64,000 nt of DNA from Antedon mediterranea. Its lineage: Eukaryota > Animalia > Echinodermata. The position numbers and the translations under genes are program-made. How positions within the stretch are numbered: position 1 is the first letter of the stretch; each line of letters begins with the position of its first letter. Under the pieces are notes generated by a model. The model saw only the letters and a program-made list of their open reading frames with translations. It had not been told where the DNA came from and made no database searches. This document shows, piece after piece, positions 40,101 through 55,100 of the stretch. The DNA lies in NCBI RefSeq assembly GCF_964355755.1, contig NC_092676.1, positions 22,524,871 through 22,588,870 on the forward strand, written 5' to 3'.

Positions 40101-43100
40101 TGAAGTAGTACCCTTCAAGTGGATACTCTGTGTGGGTAGAAAATGAGGAAGTTTATACTGATAGGAAAAACACTTAAGACTGTAACATCTGTGCCAATTC
40201 AAAGTAGAAGTTGGTGGTTATTGGTGGCTGGAACGGAATATTATCAACAAACTTATTTGAAGTCTACAAATAAGCAAAATACACTACTGAAAACATAGAT
40301 AAAAAAATACAAAAATTAACACTGACTAAACATTTACAAAACAAAATACACAGGTAACAAACAAAATAATTCATGAATATAACATTTGAACAAAGAGATA
40401 ATAGAAAACAGCATTTATAAATAAGTGCATGCAATTGACATACTTTGCAATATAAAATATACACATTATAAAATATATATAAAAAATGCTTTTGATAACA
40501 TATAGCTATATATATACAATTGTACAAATTTCACAGCAAAAAAAAAGCAAATGTTGTTAAAGACTGCAATACATTACCCGAGAATTTTTCTAAAAGTGAT
40601 AAATGTTTTTGGCACGTACCATTTCTAGAAAAGGGTGACCATAGTTTTTTAGGCTTCGTAACTGTAGCGTATATATTTTCTGTAAGAAATAATGATAAGC
40701 CGTGCAAGCATGAGAGGAAAGAAAAGCATTTTTAAAAGCAATTTTAATATACATGTATTAATACATGTTGCTAAATATAGCATACTAAGCATATATATTG
40801 TTTTCTAAAAGAAAAAAAGTTAATAGCACCATTATATGTTATATGTTGTATTATTATATAGCATAAAAGATTGTTTAAAAAGCTGAAGGTTTAGAACTTC
40901 AACTGATTCAAGGCTCAAAATGTATCCAACCTATTATTAACGCATACAAAAAATTATGCCTTTGTACAGGTAAATCGGTTAATCAGATGTGCCGAATTTA
41001 AATCCTTGACTCTGCTCAATTACGCCTAAGCACAATGCGCCAATATACTCACTAAGCCTAAATGTAAAACAACATACTCAAAAGAACCTTCAGACAGAAA
41101 CGGCAACCGTTCTTTGGTTTCCGTATTTCGATCATCTCAATTCCCTGTCACCTAGTTCGCTCTCTAACCTTCTTTGCCTATGTTGTATTTATGATTGCAT
41201 ACATATAGGAATTAGGATCTTAACCTGTTCCACAAAAGATTAGCTGTGGTCATTTGATAGAGGCTGTCAGGATTTGTGGTATGTTTTTTTGGTCTATTAC
41301 TGATGGCCTATTAACCACTACAACTACATAAATGACAAATAAATCCTACAATCTTTTTTTATAATTTGGCAGCTTTTCTGAATAGTTCATATCAATCATA
41401 TATCATAATGTATTTCGGCATTGTAAACAAAAACGCACATGAAAACAGAACAAAAGTAAATCACTAAAGTTTGGTTACTATACATGTATTGTTTTAAACT
41501 GTAAATTAAAACTTTAATGACAAGTTCATATGCATATTAATATTTTTAGGTCAACTGTTGCATTGGTATGGTAGAAATAAAAAAGTTAAAAATATTGATA
41601 ATTTTTGTGATCTTGCAAAAAGCTGCTTTGTGCAAATATAAAGCAAATTGTTAAGTATTTTTAATAAGTTTATAACAATTAATGACTTTGTAAGCAAATG
41701 GAATTTATAGCGTGCTTTAAAGTTATAATTAATTAAAAAAACAACAAAACTGCTTGTTGATTAAAAAATACCTAGAGTAAAATCCCTCTTTTGGGACACC
41801 CATATTTAGGAGACACCGATATTAAGGGAACAATTTGCCATGAAACAAACAATGTACAATATCAGTTTCATTACAACCCCTATTCAGGAGACATCCCTAT
41901 ATAGGGGATACTTTGATGGGTCCCAATGGTGTCCTCTTAAAAGGAGAACTACTGTATTGTAATTAAACCATACATACAACACAACCCCTACAGTACATAG
42001 TGATAGTTGATCCATGAAATAATATCACTATTACTCCATGATTTTACAATCAATAAGGAAATTTCCTTGCACAAACAAAAATACTACCATTTTGAATTCA
42101 AACAATAGGCTAAATAAAAGTGATAAAATAAATGTCAACAAAAGCAGGGGCAGATCCAGAATTGTTTTAATGGGAAATATATATAGCCTGTCAAAAATAG
42201 TTATCAAAAGGTCAATTCATAATTTCATTTCAGTTGTCAAAGGAAGTAGCGCACCCCTTGGATCCAGCCTTTATTAGACATCTGGATAATAAACCATTAT
42301 TCATTTCTAGTTAAAATTTAATAAAATATATTGACATTACTATGTATATTATGCCTAGTATTAAATAATGTTAACATTCGATAACTGTTTCAGTTGTTAA
42401 AACTAACTAAGTTAACTTATTGGAAATTCTTTCCATTTCAAAATGTTACTCCTGTGGAATGAAATCATGTCTTGAGAATACAAGAATAAATATACACAAA
42501 GGCAAAGCCATTTGTCTTAGCCTGATAAATGCAATCAAATCAAACAGTAGTAATACATGTTTTATTATCATATTAAGTCAGCTTTCAAAATACATATAAG
42601 TATTTAAAAAATTTTTTTTTGTTTATGACTATTCATGCGTAATTCTTCATATCATGTCAAAATCAATCATATTTTATTCCTTAAGAATAATTGAAGTGTG
42701 CGTTCTATTATTGTTTTCTAAATGTTAGTCACTGATTTTTACAATTTCAAATGTATGATAACCCCACTTAATTAGTTTTAATAAATCCTTCAATGCATTC
42801 TAAAAAAACGAACCAAAAATCGGCTGTCTCCCATGATTTCCAAATGAGATGGGAGTTCAAAGACTTTTAAATATTTCTTTATCAGAAAACTTATATATAG
42901 TGGGCAGTATTACAATTGAATTCAAATATCTAATCGAAATTTCTGTCTGTAAAGGATATTAACATTAATCTATGCTATCTAATTGGTTATTCTAACGATA
43001 CCATAGAATTAACTATACTATATTTCCCCAGACTTTGCCTTGGGATAGGACCAATATTAAGCTACCCAGTCAAAGTTTTCTATTCGTTAAAAAGAAATTT

Positions 43101-46100
43101 CTTACTATATTTAGCTTTTGAAATTAAGTTCAATTTAATTGTTTATTTTTTTATTCGCAATGTCACCTTCCTGAGGGATAAGAGTGACGTAATCATTTAT
43201 TATATAATATTCCATTTCTAGACGGTATTACGTCAACATCCTACTGTAGTTGAATGGCCTTCCTTTGACATGGCTATATTAGGAATTACAATTAAAAGTC
43301 TATATCATAAGATACAGAGTAGCTAGATAAAGTGTTACTGTCAGGAATAATAGACAGATCCAAATAAAAATGGGAGAAATTCCATTTTAGTGGAGTGGAA
43401 GAGGACACGTAATTATCGAGTTGAAAGGCATGAAACAATCACATTTCATTTTAATTTATTTATTTCACTTTACAAATATATAAATATAAAGTGGAGGAGC
43501 CTAAAAGAAAGCAAAGCTTGTGGTGAATAGGCTCCTCAACATTTATAAATCTAAAGGATATAATATGGTAAAACTATTAAATTAAAATATAAAATGTTGT
43601 GGATTTCATTGTAGTATGTGTACTTTCATATATGGCAATCGTATCACGAACGCAAGTAGAATATAATATGTACGAAGCTAAGGGGTATAAAAATAGCAGT
43701 AACAGAGAACAAAGGGGTCAATGACAGACAAATAAAACAGGACATTTGAGCAGGTACATGGCACAACTATCGGCACAAGGAAATAATAAATACTTATATA
43801 TACACAGCAAGCATGGGTGGATGAAAGAATTCTAGCGAAAGTTAGACTATTGGCATATACATGTCCATAATTAGCTCTACTTAATATTATCAATACAATG
43901 GGTATTACGGGTTATTAAAAAAAAAAGAGATAAAGAAAAATAATGTAAAGGGAAGGTGTTTTAAAATCACTATACTATACAATGTCAGTTGTAGCACTAG
44001 TCAGGTGGTTATTATATTAAAACAATACAATTAAAAAGAAAGGTATTCTACAGTAAGTGCACTACTACTATATACCCAAGTTGTAGTCTAGTCAGGTTAT
44101 TAAAACAATACAACTAAAAAGGGAAGGTTTTCTAAATGCACTACTATAATATACATTGTAATTCAGGTTATTAAAACAATACAATTTTACAAAAACAAAG
44201 GGAAAGGATTCTAAACACTAGTAGTACACAATGGTACTGATATATATGCAGGGATGTAATTTGAAAGATATGGCAAATTCATGTTATACACCCCACCCTA
44301 CAGACAGTATTTTTAACAGACGGAAATAAAGCATGTGTTTACCAATGCTTTTGATGTAAAATCCGTTGTACGTATAATCCCAACCTTTATAATTTAGACT
44401 AAATTCAGAGACAGGATTTTGGTAAATCCATTGCTAATGCAATCTAAGTATAATTCATCATGGTAATTTTCACAAAATTTCATACTTAGGCCTCGATCTT
44501 AGACTATACTCGGCCATACAGTAATCTAGCCTAGTGAAAAAAGCTTCAGAACTGCTTTGAAATATTGTCACCCCCACCTTCATGTTTGCCAACTACCCTT
44601 ATGTACATCCCTGCATATTGTGATTAGATCTACTTCTAAAATATGTTTTTAGTCAGATTTTAAGGTATACCTGGGGTCCTTGTCTCATTCCTTGCTTGTC
44701 TATTTGGATACAAGTTTTCTAAATCTGAAGGATCTGCTGGTATTGGGGAAGAAAAACATGCAAAAAAAAAATTAATAATTTATCAAAATAAAATTCCACA
44801 ATACTAATAGTTTCTTAGACAAATAGTATATTTGTTTGAAAAATTGGGTAGTATAATTAACAGTCTACATAGACAAGAAAGAGACAGAAAAAGATTATTA
44901 GACCTAACAGATTAATTATGGATTAAGAGAGATTTTAAAAATTAAACGAGGATTACAAGTACTGTCGAAAGAGAACCAACATTATTTACGATTACGGATT
45001 AATCATGATTTTTTTAAATAAAAATTACTATATAAAATAATATAAATATATGTGAACAAATATTAGATTTTACTATTTAAGTAAGCTATTAATTAACCAA
45101 AGCAATTAATTATCATTGATGTTGACAAGTAAACACAATTACGGTAGAGAATAATGACAATTCTTGCATTAATAATGACGATAGGTAAATAAATGAAACA
45201 TTTTACTAATAAGAAAATTGGTTGTAAATTTTATTTTTAAATGACATGTATTATAACACTTGAATGATTAGAAAAAACTACATTGTTTTAGGTAGAACCA
45301 AAGAATATATATCACAAGAATGAGTATTCCGCGATTTTCCCTGTAACAGTAATATTGTCCATGTGGTAGGGCGCCGCCATAAGTGTGGATGTATCTGGGA
45401 TGTATACAACTTTTTGTGACTGTTTCACTAATCAAAGGCTGGACCACCGGTAGTATTTTCATGATAAAAAATGTTATCAACTACATGCCAACATCATGTT
45501 AAATAATATTTGGATATTTAATTGTTCGTTTTATGCAATTTATTTAGTAAAAACTTCGTATAAACAGTTTGCTTTATCAACCGGGCGCTACGATAGCGTG
45601 ACCGGGCGTGTTGGTGTTTACGCGTTTTCACGAAGGATAGTTTAATAATATTCCTATATTTAACTTGTTTCTGGTAAAACAAATAAATGTTAATGACATT
45701 TAACATTTTGTCCTATTAATAACATGTATTTTATACTAATTTATATCATAAAAACAATACTTAATTTACCGGGCGTAGAGTAGTACACGGCAATGGTAAA
45801 GAATAGGCCGTGCTGAGTAAACGATTCGTTGATTTTTGGTGTTGCTGTGTTAGGCCTTTTTTGTGAACTAACTTAGCATGTTAGTAAATAATTGTCTGTA
45901 AAAGTGAATGTACACTAGTTTGTTAATAAATATGTATTATAAAATAGTCTACAATTGCAAAAACTATTATCACAATTCTATTTAATGCGACATGTATAAT
46001 ATCTATTAAATCAAGTCTTATTTAGTATGTATACATCCGCCCTTATGAGGGCGGGCATCACTCACTGGCGCTCTCTGTTACAAATTTCTCATGCAAAAAT

Positions 46101-49100
46101 CGCGGAATACTCATTCTTGTGATATATATTCTTTGGTAGAACTCAGAAAAACAGGGTCAAATATCTAGACCACCAAGTTTATACATGATTAAGTTCAACA
46201 TTTTAGCTCAGTGGGCAAAAATTACAACCAGATTTTCTTATCAAAAAAGTTAAAAATGGAATAAAAATATGATTAATATATAAAGGTGAAACTTTGAATT
46301 AAAAAAATTAATATTTTTATATCAAAACTATACAACTGAATGTCAATTAATCCCCATAGTGAATGATGTAATGAAAACAGTGCCTGTAACAATACTGATG
46401 GTGCATTGGATCAGATTGTGTACCAATATTATACTTGAGAAACCAAATGAGGCAAAATGTGGACAGTTCTTTTGAATTAAAAACCAATTAGATAACACAT
46501 AGGCAATGATAACCAATGATAACACAAGGCAATGGATATTCATATCTTTTAAGTTCATAAAGAGAATCAGAGATTGATTTTGACAGATAGATCATATCCC
46601 TTGCATTGTGGTAATAAGGGTTTAACACTGCCTGTTCAAAAGATTCTGCACTTTAAAAAAAGACCAACCATCATCATTTAGAACCAGTATTACAGTTTAT
46701 ATAGAATTCTCTATCTCTAAAGGGGAGAACATGTTATGATGTTATGTGAATTTTTTTTTTACTGATGCACTGTGGGATATCTGTCAACAAGTACAAGGAA
46801 TGTTCACAAGCACAGGATGTAACATGTAAAAGCATTCCTCAGAAAAGAAATGCTACACAATGTCTCATTCATTAAGATGGACATAATATTAATACATTGA
46901 ATTCCCAGGGTAAAAAATCAACCCAAAATGACAGTATGTTTTGTTTTTGATCAGCACAATAATTATGTGTGGTCATAAAATGGGTTTTAAAAAAGGACAG
47001 AATTTAGGCAAAACTCCAAACTGTCTTCCTCATATATAAAACAAACGTCAGAAGTCTGGAAGCAAATCTGACTTTTATGTTTGAATAATTTTTACTAGTT
47101 TAAAACAACAGACTTTCCGACTCGGATTTCGAGAGGGGTGACGATTCATATGATCAAAAGCAGAGCCACCAAACAACGACGAGGGAATCGATGCGGAACA
47201 TAGTAGAAGAGAGGGGATGTTACGGAAGCACAAAATAACAATGAGTCATGACGGATGTTTATCTTTCCGACAAACTTGTTTGATTTCGGTATATATTGAT
47301 AAAATTATATATTCCTCTGATTACTGCATTAAGTAAAAACAAATATGAACAAAACAATAAATAAATAACAATAATAATATCCTGACTGTGGTTTAAACTT
47401 GATGTGTTAAAAATTGATGAAATGAAACTGATGAAATATTAGAAAAATAGGTTCCATAGATTTTCAAGAATTAATTCCCATGACCTTTCTAAACAAAGTT
47501 CCATGCTTTTATAACAGTTCTACTTAGTTTTACAGATTAAAATAAGATATTAAAAGAAATTAATTGTATAAATGATGTCCGACAAAAAAAGCAAATCGTC
47601 CTCATTACGTTTTATCCATACATTGTTAATGAAATCCAAATTTGTTATGACATTTTTCTAAAACAATATTTTAGTAAAATTCCATGATTTTCCAGGTTTT
47701 CAATGACCTACGCAAACCCTGAAAATTTTACTTTTATAAAGTTAGTGAAAGTTTATTAATATCAATTAGATTGATAACATTTAACAATTGTTAAAACATT
47801 CATTAGCTCAAATACAAATTAGCATATTAATATGTTAATACTAAAAATCAGCATCAAAGGAACAAATTTCATAATTGATTTATTAATTAATAAACAAATT
47901 TACTCGATCTTAAATTTGAAAGCAAATAAGAACTAATTTTTTTAATCAAGTAAAATAGAAAATTTTTTTTTTGGGGTTTAAATTAAAATTTGAATTTATG
48001 AATGTGAAAATGTTGGTGGCAAAAAGCAATGAAAGCATAGCTCTTCATATCAGTTCATGTAGTTCGTTCAATTGTATGTTTATTACAGTAGAACCCCATT
48101 TTGGGACACCACTATTCAGAAGACATATACCGTAAAACCTCGAAAAGAAGCCCATGGGCTTAAACCTCAAAAAGAAGCCCATCTCGAAAAGAAGCCCCCC
48201 TCTACAGTTTGCAAAAGTACTCTCGAAAAGAAGCCCATCTCGAAATGAAGCCCCCTGGGCTTCTTTTCAAGATAGTATGGGCTTCATTTCGAGACAAGAC
48301 TACTCATACTGTATTGAGATGAAGACGAAATTATTGTATTTGACGGTGAATCATAGGACTGTTTTTTTGCTTTTTATATTGTTTTTTAATTAGTATATTA
48401 AACATAATTTCATGGTTGAAAAAATGTCTCAAAAGTCACATTATTGTAGTAGAAATTCACAAAATTTACAGCATTCATTTCAAAAAGCCGCCCCCCTCTA
48501 CAGTTTGCAAAAGTACTCTTGAAAAGAAGCCCATCTCGAAAAGAAGCCCATCTCGAAAAGAAGCCCATCCAAGAGCACTAAAAAAAGAAGAAGCCCATGG
48601 GCTTCTTTTTGAGGTTTTACGGTATATATATAATACTACCGTCAGCCTATATTCAGGGGACATCCCTGTTTAGGGAAACAGCTTATTCATGACCACCCCT
48701 ATAAATATGACATTTTGTTTGGTCCTACAGGTGTCCCCTTCATAGAGGGATCTACTGGAATATAGCATACTTTGATATTTAAAATAATGAATAAAACATG
48801 TTTTAATGACATAATTAATTTCTAATTCTAAAACAAAATAAACATGATGTTATGAATGTTGCATTCAATCAATAAATGAGATAAAGAATAAAAGAATTAA
48901 TATGAACATAAGCTGGACAAACACAAATTGATGTAGCGAAAAATCCCAACGGAAAAAGAGAAAAGCCAGAATGAGAACAAAAAAACTCCTGTCTGAATAC
49001 CTTCCCACTTCCTAAGTCTTTCCATGAAATCTGAATGAGATTTATTTGGTTCCCGATCCAAGAGAAATTTAAACTTTCTTGTTTTCTTCTCCTCGTCATC

Positions 49101-52100
49101 TTTCTCAAATACGTCATCTTTGCCTTCTATGACATCGGAGTCTGATTCTTGTGGGGTAACGGTAGAATTCTCTTCAACTTTGAGTGTAAATGTGAGTATA
49201 CAAACATGCTTATTGTTTTAGAATATTAAGTAAATAAATTAAAACCCCTCCTGCTGAGAGGACTTTTCCATGAAACAAACAAGAGACAATATATTATTGA
49301 ACAATATAGTCATTCCCATTTCAGGATTGCCCCTTTTAAGGGACTGTATTAAATTAAAAACGGCAACCATACTATATTCAATCAATGTTAAAATGCAACT
49401 AAATAACAGCCTAACCAAAAGATATTGAAAAATATATTGTAATCTGATATTGTAAAACTACGAAAATGTTTGGTCATAAAATAGATATAAACACAGAAAG
49501 AGTCTAAAAAATGCTAATGTCCATACAGGCTCTCATATCTATGTCCATTACCTCATCAAATATTTATATAAACGGTCCTGAAGATGCTATAAAAATCATA
49601 CTTAATATATTGCACAAAATATGAGTAACAAAAGTGAATAGTCATTATAAAATCTGAAAAATAATTCACAATTTTTATATAGAATACGCATCATTTTGAA
49701 GTAAGGATAAAAAATAAATCAAAACAAATATCAAAAAAAGAAAAATAATATAAATATGTTATTTATAAGGTATAAATAACTGGTGATTAACTTACTTGAG
49801 CCAAGATTTTTCCTGCCATCACTGAGGAGAGAAAAAAAATCATAAAATTGATTTTATGCAAAAAGTCTTACTTGGTTTAAGACCGTAATTTAATTTTAAT
49901 GTTGTAAAATATTGTTAAACTACATTTTAAAATCTGGTTCTATGTTTATGGTTGACAAGTTTATAAACCAAAAATGTATTAAGAGTAGAACTCCTATTAA
50001 GGAGACACCTTCCGGGCTTAACAACACTTTCCCTTGATCTCAGTGTCCCCCAAATAGGATTGGCCTTATATTAAGGGAAAATGTCCCCTAAATAGGGGTT
50101 TGGCAATTGAAGTGTTCTACTGTTTTTGCACAGTAACATAAAGGTAATATATTAAATGAAATTGTTTAATTCATCACTCATTTGAATATAATACTGGTTA
50201 CAACTCACGATTGCCAATCGTTCGTTTCATGGAAAAGTGTCTCTTTCAGGTGTCCAAAAGGAAGGGTTCTAATATTCACAAATACTACTTAATTCATCAT
50301 TAAATTATTGTTTAAATAGCATTTTATTTCATAATTTATTTGAATTCAATTTATATGCTGTCCAAATGCAATGAGCATTTTGTTAGATTAGATAAGATGA
50401 CTTTATTCACGCAAGTAAAAATTATAGTGCTTATAAATTAAAATAGTAAGTTATCAATATTATTATTAGCATTACTTTTTTAAAGGTATTAAAAAAAATC
50501 AAAAATTATGATTCAATTATATGGGTCATCATGACAACTTTGACCAGTTCAATGTAAAACTAGGTGTTTGTATCTTTTCAATTCAAAGTCAAGGACAGAG
50601 ATCCCTAATAAAGGGTGTTAGGCCCCAATCAACCACCCCTTGGCTATTACATCCTGTGACTTTTAGGCCTCAAGGACTGTTTTCAAAGGTATTACATAAA
50701 ATAAAAACAAACCAGAGTTTAACCATGGCCTCTGATGTCATTTCCTTCTTCTAATATGATGGACATATTTAAAATAAATGGTTGGGGATAAATTTGAAGG
50801 GAGCAGTGAGTAACAGGAAATAACTTTGTCCATTGTCTTTAAAGTAAAATTATTTTTTGTAAAAATAAAACAGATTTACAGGTAAACCTTATAAGCAATT
50901 AGTAACACTAATTAGTTTCCAGGGCAGTACTGAAATAATAGTGCCTGGGAAAGGCATTAGTGTATAACCACATTTTTCTAAGTTCTAGATTTAAATGTCA
51001 ATTTTTATTTTTAGGCAACACAGTATCGTAATTAACAATATAAGTGTGTTGACACCAAGATTGGGTTAGCTCCAATTTTGTATTCCCATGCAAATTTTTA
51101 TAAATTTGTTAAGAAAAAAAGATAGGAAGAGGAGAAAACAAGAATCATGGGTAGTTTGATCCTGGAAATCATGCTAAAAATCTTCCAATAGGAAAAGGAG
51201 TATGGACATTTTATTGCTAGCAATATTATATAAAAGAAATCAATAGAGAAAAAGATTTCCAACAAACACAATACAGATGGTTATTCGCCCAGTAGAAAGC
51301 AGATCACCTACAGGTAATTATTATATGATACTTATATTCCGCTATATATTAAATAATAAAAGAGCTATTTCAAGGCTGTATGATACTTAGGTTCAGGTTG
51401 TTTTAAGTTATAAATCTCTCATAAACTTAACTGTTTTAAATAGATTTATTTTATCAATGTAGGTAATTTGATTGAAGTCAAGAACTGATTCATCATATCA
51501 AAAAATGTTTTAGAATGTCCTATCACATAAAAATAATATTTATAAAATTTATCATAAACCGATCTGTTCAGATGCTATCAGTTAAGTTAATTTGATTATA
51601 TAAGGTGAATAATTTATCAACAAATCTGAAATTAAATTTAATCATAAATTATTAAAAATATATTGATGTCCATCAAATAAATGCATTCATATGAATAAAC
51701 ATGTGTCCTTGATATGTAGATATTTAGATTTTTTGGCAGTTGATAATCTAATGCTGTTAATGAAAGCAGTAAAAGCAGAAATAAAGGTATCTTTGCAACA
51801 ACAAAAATAATAATAATGCCTCGTTGATATATAACTTTTCATCATTCACCTTATGCCATTATTTGTACCATTACACTCATAAACATTCATTATTTGTATA
51901 ATATAACACTATAAAAATGAAACCAGAAAAAAAAAACACCCAAAAAAAAAAAAGTAAATAAAAATTTGGTTGTTTTTGGACGTCAAGAAAAGTTTGGTTT
52001 TGGGAAAGTTTCTGGTTTTTAGAGGGTGCAGTATTGGGAGAGTTGACTGTATAATTAATTTATATTCAAGTATTACACTGTACCTGTCACCAGGCGTAGG

Positions 52101-55100
52101 TAACGGAGGTCGGTTTTGCATAATATCAATCTCTGGTTCTGAGCCTGTGTCTGAATCCTCTGAATCATTTTTATGCATCATCACCTCATGGAAGAATGGA
52201 GTAAATGCTTCAGCTTAGAAGAAAAATAATACATGTTAGACACTTACAACTAATACCCCTTTCACATAAAAATCAAAAGAAATAATTCCAGAGAAACAGC
52301 AAAGTGTCTCTCAATAGTACCACATTCAAAAACTTACATTTTACTTTAACTCTGAATATATGAAACTTTATTATCATTTATTATCAAGAAGAGCCATATA
52401 GCGTTGGTAAGAGATGTCGGTCTCGAATGTAAGAGGTATGGGTTCGAGACTTAGTTTGGATTCTTAGACAAGATACTTGACTTGTCCTTCAGACGGTATA
52501 CTGTACAAAGCTGTTGGTCCAGTATGCCTCACATATGTGTGCGATAAAGAGCTTTATGTATGTTATTCAAAAAGAGTAGAGGATCATATACAATGTGTTG
52601 ATTATGAACCCTTACTGGGACCTCTGTGTATTAACTTTACAAGTATTTATGTCACCCACTAACGTGAAAAGAACATTTTTTAAATCACTTACTCTGTGCT
52701 CCAAAGTCTGTTCCTGTTATCATAAATCCTGCATCGATTTTCGAAGCAAAGTCTTCCCCAGTTCTTGTAAGCTCAAAATGTTGCACCGCTTTTTCACCGT
52801 CACAAACAGCGACAATTTTTATTGCCAGATCATCATGTTTTGAAGCAAAGTTCCTGATAAAAATGGGTAAAAAATGATACAGTTTTAAAAGCTTTTAAAC
52901 CTTTTTCTTGTCATGAATATGACATTTGAAAACATTTTATTAGATTATGAAGAATGTAGTAGGGTGCTCCAGTTTTTTCCACTGGAAAATCAGAAAATAA
53001 ACGTGGTTGCAAGAATTTATATTTTTTTAAAATTAAATTAAAAATATATTGATTGCCTGAAAACTGTATTTATTTATTCATTTTTTATTGACAGGAGGGG
53101 ATTTTGGGGCACAAACATATGAGCAACATTCACTTTACAAACACACTTACTTCATTGTTTCATATGACCCCTTGCGTTTCGGTGAATAAAAAAGAATTAA
53201 ACCATTGCACTGTGCCGCATATTTAGCCGCTGCGTGATAAGATGATGCTCGGATCTCAACATTAGCCTTCTTATCGTCAATATACGTTACAACATTAAAT
53301 ATGTAATCTGTTTGCGGTGTGCGGTAACAAAGATCGTTCTTGACAAACGGACTTAAGATATTCTCGACCGTGTGTTCATCTCCGCACATTACACATAACC
53401 CGATTCTGTAAGAAAAATGATTTATATGAAACCATACAAAATAAATTCTCGCACCTAAAAACCATTAAAGATTGGTTCCCACTTGAACACAATGCAAGGA
53501 CTTAAGTGTGCCACAAGAAATTTGACCAATCACAATGCAATGTATCATCAGAACCGTCACTTTTGATTGGTCAGTTCACTTGCATTGTATGTTGTTGTAG
53601 TGCATCCAAGCGTGAACCAACTGGAATAACTTTAAATTTCCGAAATATATTGAATATATATTTACCATGCAGAAAGATTTAACAGAAAATATCTATAACA
53701 TTACAATTTGTATACTGTTTTTTTACAATACTTTCTATACTTTGTTAAACTAAAGGAAGCCAGAACAGAATGTACAGATTATGATATTAAAATTGGCATG
53801 CTATATTTTCTCTTTTCTTTCAACAGAATTTTGAGATACAGATATTAAACATAGTTTAAAACACTTTACAGATGTTAGGTTTTTTATAAAATTTTTTTCA
53901 ACAACTTGACATAGTAGGAATGACATGATAGTATTGCAAGATATTTCATAAAAAACGTTATCTTATTGAACCAGAGGTATGTTGAAATAAGAGACATTCA
54001 AACAATAATGTAATGCAGACTACTTTGTTGTATGTATTAATCATAATTTTTATATTTTTATGTTATTCATTGTCTGTGAATGTGGTTTACGTTTCAACAA
54101 AATCTTTAGAAATAACTTGACTTAACAATGAACATTATTATACAAATGAATGTTTATGAGTGCAATGGTACAAATAATTTCATGATGTGAAAGATAAAAA
54201 GATATATTTTCACAAAGCAAAAAGGAGAAAACAGGAAAGGCGATTACGTTAATGTTTCCATGAGACAGTGTCCATTGATTTCGTCATGCGGGTTTGGTGG
54301 TTGTGTGGATGTGAGAATTGCACGTATGGCCTGTTGTATTTGCTTTTCATGAAACTTGTTGCCTCTCATTAACATAGACTCATCTCTTGGCATGTCTACA
54401 AATTCTGTACTGGAAAGCCTAAGAGGATAAAAGATAAAACATTATTATATATTACATAGGATATGTAAAATAGACAATGCGATTGGTTGAAATGGCATCA
54501 CATGACTACATGCTTTTGGAGAAAAAAAAGAAGAATGTCTGAAAATGTTAAAAGTAGTGTTCAAACATATATTACTCCTTGTTTGCTTGACAATGTCCCA
54601 AAGGAGGGGTTCCACTGTAGGATCTTAATTTGTTATATTAAAATTGATGGGGCATTATCATCTCTGTCATTTATTTCTATTACTATATTGATAACCATTT
54701 AAATTGTATTCTGTCAGAGGCATTGATGGTAAAACCACTGTCTACAAGACAAGTCAGAAGGTCAAACACCCAGCTAATTGGCTTCATCTTAATTCTGTTG
54801 GAGACATAAAAATTACAGGACTTTTACAACTGATATGAATTTGTATTTAATAGTTACTGTCAAATCTAAAAAGGACGCCACAGGAATTAATTGTTGCATA
54901 ACTAGAGGCGAGGCTGTGACTTAATATTTTGGGAATGACCGGGGATGGAAGGGTTTATTTAGAACTTAAATCATTTTAGGGAGGAAATAGCCAGTAGATC
55001 ATGTATAAATAAGGGTAATTTAACTATTCTGTGCTTCCACCAAATAAATTTTTAAAAAGAGGTATTTGTTGATTGAAACTGGACAGGCATAGCTGTGTAA

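Noticed and set aside
39909-40228. Minus-strand ORF and acceptor as an extra exon
   Set aside because: The phase-1 frame stops quickly; no compatible donor or motif.
48154-48673. ORFs with repeated SKRSP
   Set aside because: Translation of internal repeats of a MITE; no transposase motifs.
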